From Methanothermus fervidus DSM 2088 (GTDB lineage Archaea; Methanobacteriota; Methanobacteria; DSM-2088; Methanothermaceae), in assembly GCA_000166095.1 (NCBI GenBank), contig CP002278.1, positions 150,001 through 182,000 of the forward strand: a stretch of 32,000 nt of DNA. The letters are read 5' to 3'. This document shows positions 1-7,483 of the stretch, piece by piece. The notes under the pieces are model-generated. The model was given only the letters and a program-made list of their open reading frames with translations, was not told where the DNA came from and did not search any database. Made by a program: the position numbers and the translations under genes. The stretch's first letter is position 1; the number at the start of each line of letters is the position of its first letter.

Positions 1-374
1 CAAAAATACCATTACCAATATTAGATGTCAATGATAGGAGAGAAATAGGAAAAATAACTTACGCTGATGTTTGGAATGGTGTGGATAAAAGACCTAAATA
101 TAAAAAAGATAAATGTTTAAAGTGTAAAGAATGTAAAATTGAAAAAATCTGTCCTACAGATGCCTTTAAACCTAAAGAAGGTATAGACTTTAAAAAATGT
201 TTTGGCTGTTCAGTATGTGCACATCATTGTAAGGCCATTGAGATGAAAACTGGTGTTGTTGAATTTAATTCAGCTAAAATACCAGTTACATGTAGACAAT
301 CTGACATAAAGAGAGCAGAAAAATTGTCTTTAGAACTAAAAAAGAGGATAGAAAATGGAGAATTTTACTTATGA
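1..374 (+). CDS. C-terminal part of a larger protein (open to the left window edge) ending in a 2x[4Fe-4S] ferredoxin-type domain
   Basis: The frame of ORF 81..374 stays open back to nt 3 (KIPLPILDVNDRREIGKITYADVWNG then VDKRPKY...), so the GTG at 81 is probably internal. Two Cys clusters are present: CLKCKECKIEKICP and CFGCSVCAHHC. The stop overlaps the thiI start by 20 nt. The identity of the N-terminal domain is not visible; a DUF39/COG1900-ferredoxin type is only a guess. Confidence 0.6.
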   Translation, partial: KIPLPILDVNDRREIGKITYADVWNGVDKRPKYKKDKCLKCKECKIEKICPTDAFKPKEGIDFKKCFGCSVCAHHCKAIEMKTGVVEFNSAKIPVTCRQSDIKRAEKLSLELKKRIENGEFYL

Positions 375-1476
375 TCTTATAATTGCAAGATATGGTGAAA
401 TTGGTATAAAAAGTCCAAAAGTGCGAAAAAAATTTGAAAATAAATTGGTTCAAAATATCAAATCTTCTTTAAATGCAGATATCTATATTGAAGACGGTAG
501 AATATTTATTTATCCAAAAAATTTTAAAAAGGCTTTAAAATCTTTAAAAAGAATATTTGGAATCGTATCGTTTTCTCCAGCCATCAAAACATCTGCAGAA
601 TTCAATGAAATAAAAAATAAATTAGTAGATTATGTACGGAGATTAGGGATAAATAAAAAAATGTCATTTGCAATAAGACCACGTAGGGTAGGTAATCATG
701 AATTTACTAGTCAGGATCTAGCAGAATTTGCTGGAGATGTAGTAGTTAAAGAAACTGGTGCAAAGGTAGATTTAGACAATCCTGACATTGAAATTTTCAT
801 TGAAGTGAGACATGAGAACTCATATATATATCATGAAATTGTGGAAGGACCAGGTGGCTTGCCTGTTGGAACCCAAGGTAAAGTAATAGGGTTGTTATCA
901 GGAGGTATTGATTCTCCTGTGGCTTTATATCTTATGATGAAAAGAGGATGTTCTGTAACTGCATTACATTTTGATATACGACCTTTTACAATAGATGGAA
1001 ATATAAAAAAAGTTAAAAAAATTTCAGAAGTTTTAGAATCATACTCTAGTGGAGAATTCGAATTATTAATTCTAAAATATGGCGATGTCCTTAAAAAAAT
1101 TAAAAAAATTGCAGGAAAATCAACATGTATTGTATGTAGACATTTAATGTATAAAATTGCAGAAAAAATTGCAAAGAAGAAAAATGCACATGCAATTGTA
1201 GATGGAAGTAGTTTAGGCCAGGTTGCATCACAAACATTGCCAAACATACTTACAACACATTATGGAATTGAAATTCCAATTTTAAGTCCACTTATTGGTA
1301 TGGATAAAACTGAAATACGAAAGATAGCTGAAAAAATAGGGACATATGAAATATCTTGTGAAAGTCCCGACATATGTAAAGCAGTCCCTAAACATCCTGT
1401 AACTTACTCTACACCAAAAAAACTAACATCAATATTAGATAGAATGGATGTTGATGAAATCCTTAAAAAATATTAG
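355..1476 (+). CDS. thiI: tRNA 4-thiouridine synthase ThiI (THUMP + PP-loop domains, no rhodanese domain)
   Basis: N-terminus ARYGEIGIKS, PP-loop LLSGGIDSPVA, and a CxxC (STCIVCRH) plus downstream Cys residues (ISCESPDIC). Length is 373 aa. Confidence 0.9.
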   Translation: MENFTYDLIIARYGEIGIKSPKVRKKFENKLVQNIKSSLNADIYIEDGRIFIYPKNFKKALKSLKRIFGIVSFSPAIKTSAEFNEIKNKLVDYVRRLGINKKMSFAIRPRRVGNHEFTSQDLAEFAGDVVVKETGAKVDLDNPDIEIFIEVRHENSYIYHEIVEGPGGLPVGTQGKVIGLLSGGIDSPVALYLMMKRGCSVTALHFDIRPFTIDGNIKKVKKISEVLESYSSGEFELLILKYGDVLKKIKKIAGKSTCIVCRHLMYKIAEKIAKKKNAHAIVDGSSLGQVASQTLPNILTTHYGIEIPILSPLIGMDKTEIRKIAEKIGTYEISCESPDICKAVPKHPVTYSTPKKLTSILDRMDVDEILKKY

Positions 1477-1486
1477 CGGTGATAAA

Positions 1487-1675
1487 ATGAAAGGAGCTAT
1501 TGGTTTAGTGTTTTATTCACATGTTATACCATTTATATTAGGATTAATAGGTATATTATTAATGTGTACAGGAGTTATGGATGATAAGCCGATGTACACT
1601 TCTTTAGGATTAATTATATTTTTTGTGGGTGGATTACTGCCATTTATAATTTTACCAATAATTCTAGGTCTCTAA
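1487..1675 (+). CDS. small hypothetical membrane protein (62 aa from the ATG at 1487; two hydrophobic segments)
   Basis: ORF 1448..1675. The internal ATG at 1487 avoids overlap with thiI. Two hydrophobic stretches are visible (VIPFILGLIGILLMCTGV and LGLIIFFVGGLLPFIILPIILGL). I recognise no family. Confidence 0.4.
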   Translation: MKGAIGLVFYSHVIPFILGLIGILLMCTGVMDDKPMYTSLGLIIFFVGGLLPFIILPIILGL

Positions 1676-2364
1676 ATATAAAGCGGAAATTCACCTTTAT
1701 GTAATGCTGTGCCTACTAATATTTTTTTTATTCCGAAATTTTTTATTTTTGGAACATCTTTGAGTGTTATACCTCCTCCTAAAATCAATTTATCCTTTAA
1801 ATCTTTAAATATTTCTATAATATTTTCATTAATACCCTTCTCTGTACCTACTCTACTAATATCTAACAATATTATTTCGGAAGATATACCAAGATCTAAA
1901 AGCTTATCTCTAAAATCAATCAGGGAAATATCTAAATTTTTTGAATATAATTTATCATCCTTAATGTCTACACTAACAACAATTCTACTTGTAGGGAATT
2001 TTGAAACAATTTTTTCTAGTTCTTCAAAACTTTCTAAAGTTTCTGTAGCTACTATCACTTGCCTTGAAAAATTTAAAAGAAATTTAAATGTTTTAAAATC
2101 GTTGACACCAAAATCAAGCATTGTTGGAATAATATAATTTATCTTCTTTGCAATCTCTAGATTATTGCCAGTTCTCTCTATTCCATTTAAATCTGCAATA
2201 TATATTCGTCTAGCTCCCTGTCTTCTTAATGATAATGCAATCTCTATAGGATCCGGCGATCTTGAATAAATGGTTTTTAATGGAGTATATGTTTCTCTTT
2301 TTCCAGATTTGCCAGCTACTGCAATTCCATCTTTAATATCTAAGACAGGTATTACTTCTATCAT
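1672..2364 (-). CDS. HisA/HisF-related (beta/alpha)8-barrel protein, archaeal paralog of unknown function
   Basis: N-terminal VIPVLDIKDG, mid-protein VVSVDIKDD and C-terminal LILGGGIT phosphate-binding-like motifs resemble HisA/HisF. The start forms an ATGA overlap (2361-2364) with the upstream gene stop. Confidence 0.75.
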   Translation of the reverse strand: MIEVIPVLDIKDGIAVAGKSGKRETYTPLKTIYSRSPDPIEIALSLRRQGARRIYIADLNGIERTGNNLEIAKKINYIIPTMLDFGVNDFKTFKFLLNFSRQVIVATETLESFEELEKIVSKFPTSRIVVSVDIKDDKLYSKNLDISLIDFRDKLLDLGISSEIILLDISRVGTEKGINENIIEIFKDLKDKLILGGGITLKDVPKIKNFGIKKILVGTALHKGEFPLYI

Positions 2365-2702
2365 TTTTGAACCAATATGAGCTTTCCAGTTCTAGGATCT
2401 TTGTATACTGTACCCAGTTCAGCATATCCCTGTCCACTACCTTTAGATACCTCAGGAGTCTGATTCAGCTCTTTTCCCTGTTTAACTTCAATACTTTTCT
2501 TTACAGCTTCCATTAATTCTCTTTTTTCTTGTAGACTCATTTTTGCAAAAACAAGGCTTTGCATGTTCCATGCCATGATGAAGAATACAGCGAATGCCAT
2601 TGCAAGCACAAACATGCAATCAACAAAATTTATTGCTCCACTAAGTGGATCTTCTTCATGGTGATAATCGCTCAATCTCCTTCTCCCTCTCCTCCTCAAC
2701 AT
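2361..2702 (-). CDS. ExbD/TolR-like single-pass membrane protein (DUF2149-like)
   Basis: 113 aa with a basic N-terminus (MLRRRGRRR), then one TM helix containing an Asp (GAINFVDCMFVLAMAFAVFFI), then a soluble tail. The ATG at 2702 is preceded by GGAGGTGAT with about 5 nt spacing. The gene overlaps the ExbB-like gene by 47 nt. Confidence 0.65.
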   Translation of the reverse strand: MLRRRGRRRLSDYHHEEDPLSGAINFVDCMFVLAMAFAVFFIMAWNMQSLVFAKMSLQEKRELMEAVKKSIEVKQGKELNQTPEVSKGSGQGYAELGTVYKDPRTGKLILVQK

Positions 2703-3339
2703 TCTCCATCACCTCCAATATAGCCTCAGCCAGAGTTTCCAAGTTAACCAGATATTCCTCAAACCATCTTTTCCTAACCTTTGATACAAAGAAAGAGATT
2801 GCACTTGAAGCAAGTCCAAGTATTGCTGCATCAAAAGCAACTAAGAAGTGATTTGCTAGCTGAGTTATGTCTCCGGCTCCCAAAGCAACTAATCCAGGAC
2901 CTATTGGAATTAAAGTTCCGAGGAGTCCTACCTGTGGACCAAGCCTTGTTATTGAATCTGTTATTTCAACAGATTTCATGGCTTTCAGTTCTTCTCCTTC
3001 AACATATCTCCTTGCAAGTGCTTCTCTTGTCCTTGAATCTAAGTCCTCTGTGTTTGCAATATCTGTTAATATTTCTTTTTGCCTCTCTGGGAGCTTTGAA
3101 TTATTTATTATCTCTATTATCTCCTTTGGATCCCCTGGATTTGAGATGTTGTATATGGCTTCCTTTATTTCATCTACATCAACTCTAACCCTTCCAACAT
3201 ATTCAGCAATCAATCCTCCAAGTGCAACTACACTATAAGCAACAAATGCCAGCAATGTTACTATTGCTGGGATTAGGAGGCTTTGTGAAACTACATGCAT
3301 AATTCCTTGGAGTGCTTCTGATCCTGGGACTGCTGGCAA
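2656..3339 (-). CDS. MotA/TolQ/ExbB-family proton channel protein
   Basis: It has an N-terminal TM segment, a soluble middle region, and a C-terminal pair of TM segments carrying LGPQVGLLGTLIPIGPG, which resembles the ExbB/TolQ GLLGT motif. The TTG start at 3339 is preceded by GAGGTGAT lying inside the end of the upstream gene. Confidence 0.8.
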   Translation of the reverse strand: MPAVPGSEALQGIMHVVSQSLLIPAIVTLLAFVAYSVVALGGLIAEYVGRVRVDVDEIKEAIYNISNPGDPKEIIEIINNSKLPERQKEILTDIANTEDLDSRTREALARRYVEGEELKAMKSVEITDSITRLGPQVGLLGTLIPIGPGLVALGAGDITQLANHFLVAFDAAILGLASSAISFFVSKVRKRWFEEYLVNLETLAEAILEVMENVEEEREKEIERLSP

Positions 3340-3343
3340 TTTA

Positions 3344-4054
3344 TCACCTCACAAAAACGCTTTTTTTCTTGTAATAATACCCTCCCACTATTAGTAGGGC
3401 AAAGAGTGCTAATGCAGTACTTAATAAAATATGTGGTGCAGGAACATTTACTGGAGAGAATTTACTACTTGCTAAGGCACTAATATTCGGAATCAAAATA
3501 GTTGCAATCAAGAAATAAAGTCCAACAAATAACATAAAATTCCCTAAGATTATGGGATATGGTTTATTCAAAGCATCTACAATTACTTTTGAAAACAAAT
3601 AAAACACTGCTATAAACACGGATAAAAGTATTGCAGAATACTTTCCTAATAGTAAAGATGAAACACCCACCATTGGAGCTGCTAATATTATTGCAGCTAA
3701 TACTGCACCAAAACAACATGGACATGGTGCTACCATTGCTAAACATGTCATCTGCGCGGTATTTTTCTTTTTCTGTTTCCATTCATGTAATGTATGAATG
3801 CCTGCTGCTATTAAAATTGCGGCCATCAGAAGAGTTATATAAACTATGTATTTGTTAAGTGTTGGGTATATGTTCCCTATTGCTTTCCCTAGAATCCAAA
3901 TTAATAAATAAAGACCTACTCCATAACCAATTATTATACCTGCTGCATATCGACGTCTTAACCCAGCAAATCCTATTGCTAACCCTATTTTTGCACCAAA
4001 TATTAAAAGAACAGATATAATTCCTAACTCCCATGCTATAGTAATAATATTCAT
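3344..4054 (-). CDS. polytopic membrane protein (DUF2162-like predicted transporter) with HxxH and CPCPCC motifs
   Basis: About 7 hydrophobic segments by eye. Motifs are HTLHEW and CLAMVAPCPCCFG. I prefer the ATG at 4054 because GGAGGA lies 6-8 nt upstream; the ORF track begins at the TTG at 4069. Confidence 0.7.
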   Translation of the reverse strand: MNIITIAWELGIISVLLIFGAKIGLAIGFAGLRRRYAAGIIIGYGVGLYLLIWILGKAIGNIYPTLNKYIVYITLLMAAILIAAGIHTLHEWKQKKKNTAQMTCLAMVAPCPCCFGAVLAAIILAAPMVGVSSLLLGKYSAILLSVFIAVFYLFSKVIVDALNKPYPIILGNFMLFVGLYFLIATILIPNISALASSKFSPVNVPAPHILLSTALALFALLIVGGYYYKKKSVFVR

Positions 4055-4099
4055 AAAGATATCCTCCAAAATAGTAATAATCTAGTAATCTATATTATT

Positions 4100-4160
4100 T
4101 TTCTTTATTTCTTTACTTTATATTAACTTTATATATTTTTTAACTTTAACTTTAAGTCCA
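4100..4160 (-). promoter_or_regulatory. candidate promoter/operator region of the DUF2162-ExbB-ExbD-HisAF operon
   Basis: On the minus strand this reads AAAGTTAAAGTTAAAAAATATATAAAGTTAATATAAAG. It contains a TATA-like AATATATA (about 4128-4140) flanked by three TAAAGTT copies, 50-100 nt upstream of the ATG at 4054. Confidence 0.3.
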
Positions 4161-4194
4161 TTTTCAATCTAGTAAAAATAATAAACAAAAAAAT

Positions 4195-4584
4195 CTAGGG
4201 AGCGCCGCCTGCTCCTCCAAGGTTTTTACCTGTTTTTACATCTATGTATATTTCACCAACTTGTTTTCCATTTTTGATCACTGGAACAACATAAACTGGT
4301 TTTCCATCAATGTAAACAATTTTTGGAGATCCTGGGGATGCTCCAGGTTCCTCTATGTATTTACTTGCTATATTTTTTGCATCTTCTGTTGATACATGAG
4401 TTTTATTAGCGTTAGTATCTTTTGATGTTGTATTTTGAATTTTTTCTGTTTTTGTAATATTATTTTGACTCATACTATTTTTTGCTACAGCCACTTGTGA
4501 TTTATGTCCCTGTAGGAAATATCCTGCACCAATTGCGCCAACTACAAATATGCAAAGAATAAAAATTAACGCTTTAGAGCGCAT
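4195..4584 (-). CDS. small exported or membrane-anchored protein with a PepSY-like C-terminal domain
   Basis: N-terminal signal or anchor sequence (ALIFILCIFVVGAIGAGYF). The C-terminus AKNIASKYIEEPG...KPVYVVPVIKNGKQVGEIYIDVKTGKNLG resembles a PepSY fold pattern. I prefer the ATG at 4584 because GGGGTGA lies 5 nt upstream. Confidence 0.55.
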   Translation of the reverse strand: MRSKALIFILCIFVVGAIGAGYFLQGHKSQVAVAKNSMSQNNITKTEKIQNTTSKDTNANKTHVSTEDAKNIASKYIEEPGASPGSPKIVYIDGKPVYVVPVIKNGKQVGEIYIDVKTGKNLGGAGGAP

Positions 4585-4617
4585 GTTTTTCACCCCTTTC
4601 CTTTTTTACTAAAAGTT

Positions 4618-5850
4618 CTATATATATTTATCGCTCCTTTTTCTAGCTTCTTCAAGAACTTTAATTGCAGGGAGCTCTTCGCCAGAAAGAAATGCTATAC
4701 AAGCCCCGCCTCCACTACTAATATGATTTATTTTATTTGAAATACCCATTTTTTCTGCAGCCGCTGCTAAATGACCTCCTGCTATAACTGAAAATGCGTT
4801 GGATGATGCTATTGCATTTAACAAATCTTCAGTTCCTATACTAAATTGTTGTTCTTCGAAAACACCCGCTGGTCCATTAGCAAAAATTGTTTTTGCCTCT
4901 CTTATTTTTTCTGCATATATTTTTATAGTTTCCATGCCTATATCATATATTGGAAAGTTAGGAATATCATCAATAGGTACATCAATTCTCTTTCCATTTT
5001 TATTTATGGCAACATCAACAGGGGTAAGTATCTTCTCCCCATATTTATCTTTAAGTTTTTTTGCCATTTTTATAAATTTTTTATAATTTTTTCTATACAA
5101 TATTTTTCTGTTCTTTTCTTTAATATCTATCCCAGAAGCCTCTAAAAATACATTTGCCACCAAACCAGATGTTAGAATATAATCAGCAGAACCATTTTTT
5201 AAAATATTTTTCATTATCATTATTGAATCATCAATTTTAACACCTCCAAGAATATAAACACATGGCTTTTCAACGTTTTTAATTATTTTATACAATGTTT
5301 TAACTTCTCTTTCCATTAATCTTCCTGCAGCAGAAGGTAGTTTAAGCGGAAATCCAACTAATGATGGTTGTGATCTATGAGCAGCTGCAAAAGCATCATT
5401 TATATAATAATCAACAACACTTGATAATTTTCTTACAAGGTGTGTTTCTGCCTGAACTTTGGGATCTCTTTTTAAAACTTCTTCTGAATAAAAACGTACA
5501 TTTTCTAAAAGGATGATATCTCCATTTTCCATATTTCTTATTGATTCTCGTGCAGCACAACCAAATATATCCTCAACATATGTAACAGGCATATCTAATA
5601 TATTGGATAATACTTTACTATGCTCTTCCATTGTTGTGAAATCTCTTTTTCCTGGCCTACTTTGATGTGCTAAAATAGCTACCTTTGCATTTTCATCTAC
5701 TAGTTCTTTGAGTGTTTTTGAATGTAGTCTCATTCTCGTATCATCAAGTATACGTCCAGTATGAGGATCTACTGGAGAATTAATGTCTACTCTTACAAGC
5801 ACTCTGCTCCCAGAATAATCAAAATCATCCATCGTATAGAATTTGAACAA
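4618..5850 (-). CDS. pgk: phosphoglycerate kinase
   Basis: 410 aa with LLENVRFYSEE, AHRSQPS and HISSGGGACIAFLSG motifs. The TTG start at 5850 is supported by GGAGGATG 5-6 nt upstream. Confidence 0.95.
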   Translation of the reverse strand: MFKFYTMDDFDYSGSRVLVRVDINSPVDPHTGRILDDTRMRLHSKTLKELVDENAKVAILAHQSRPGKRDFTTMEEHSKVLSNILDMPVTYVEDIFGCAARESIRNMENGDIILLENVRFYSEEVLKRDPKVQAETHLVRKLSSVVDYYINDAFAAAHRSQPSLVGFPLKLPSAAGRLMEREVKTLYKIIKNVEKPCVYILGGVKIDDSIMIMKNILKNGSADYILTSGLVANVFLEASGIDIKEKNRKILYRKNYKKFIKMAKKLKDKYGEKILTPVDVAINKNGKRIDVPIDDIPNFPIYDIGMETIKIYAEKIREAKTIFANGPAGVFEEQQFSIGTEDLLNAIASSNAFSVIAGGHLAAAAEKMGISNKINHISSGGGACIAFLSGEELPAIKVLEEARKRSDKYI

Positions 5851-5862
5851 AAATACATCCTC

Positions 5863-6564
<702 letters not shown>

Positions 6565-6669
6565 TTAAATAGATTCAATTCAATTATTTATTTTTTTTCA
6601 GTATAAAAATAAAGAATTTAAAAAAACTTATATACATTTTTTAAATAATAATAATAGTGATGTCAATAA

Positions 6670-6744
6670 GCTCCGGTGGTGTAGTCCGGCCAAGCATCTC
6701 AGCCTCTCGAGCTGAGGACCCGGGTTCAAATCCCGGCCGGAGCA
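6670..6744 (+). tRNA. tRNA-Glu (anticodon CUC)
   Basis: Hand-folded cloverleaf: acceptor GCTCCGG/CCGGAGC, anticodon stem TCAGC/GCTGA with loop CTCTCGA, T arm CCGGG-TTCAAAT-CCCGG, discriminator A. It is 75 nt and no CCA is encoded. Confidence 0.9.
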
Positions 6745-6750
6745 TTAAAT

Positions 6751-7380
6751 CTATTCAGAGTAATTTATCACAACAACGCACATATATGAAAATTTCCTTT
6801 CTGCAGCCTCTTTTAATGATATTTTCGTAATTTTTTCATCTGGATAGCTAAGACGCTCACATATTATTATCTCTTTATCCCCACTAATTCCATTATTCAA
6901 CAAAAATTTGGCTAAATCATTTACGTCTTTAGAGGGCAAAACCATGATTGGTTTGTCATCGTTTAAAAATTTAAGAAGCTTTTTATAATCTTTTCTTCCA
7001 TGAAGAGTTAATAGATTTACATTATCCCATGGCATTTTGAGTTTAGCAGCGCATAACTGTATAGAACTTATACCAGGAATAACTTCCAGTTCTACATTTT
7101 TATATTTAGACAATAATTTTTTAACAGGCTTTAAAACTCCTGAAAATCCAGGATCTCCAGTTGATAATATACAGACGTCATTATTACGAGCTAGTTTTAC
7201 AGAATATTCCAACATTTTATTCATGTTTTTGGCATTTAATACAATTTTTCTTGTTGCCTGTGGAAACAAATCTAATGCTCTTTTACTACCAACTAATATA
7301 TCAACCGTATTTGCAATTTCTTCAGCTATAGGTGTTAAAAAATCTTTTGAACCTGGGCCAATTCCTACAATATAAAGCAT
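6751..7380 (-). CDS. cbiE: cobalt-precorrin-7 (C5)-methyltransferase / precorrin-6Y methylase CbiE-type
   Basis: MLYIVGIGPGSKDFLT...VDILVGSKRALDLF is typical of the CbiE subfamily of tetrapyrrole methylases. Length is about 209 aa from the ATG at 7380; the ORF track extends 16 codons further to 7428. Confidence 0.8.
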   Translation of the reverse strand: MLYIVGIGPGSKDFLTPIAEEIANTVDILVGSKRALDLFPQATRKIVLNAKNMNKMLEYSVKLARNNDVCILSTGDPGFSGVLKPVKKLLSKYKNVELEVIPGISSIQLCAAKLKMPWDNVNLLTLHGRKDYKKLLKFLNDDKPIMVLPSKDVNDLAKFLLNNGISGDKEIIICERLSYPDEKITKISLKEAAERKFSYMCVVVINYSE

Positions 7381-7483
7381 TTTTATCCCCAACAAAATTT
7401 TTAATGTTATATTTTTATCTTCAAACACAAAATTTTTTGAATATTGAAATTATTTTACTTAAACTTTTTCAGGAGGTCAAAAA

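Noticed and set aside
1709-3238. Plus-strand ORFs 1709..2137, 2645..2851, 2781..3188 and 2867..3238 opposite the HisA-like and ExbB/ExbD-like genes
   Set aside because: These are antisense shadows. The minus-strand genes have SD-supported starts, coupling overlaps and family motifs.
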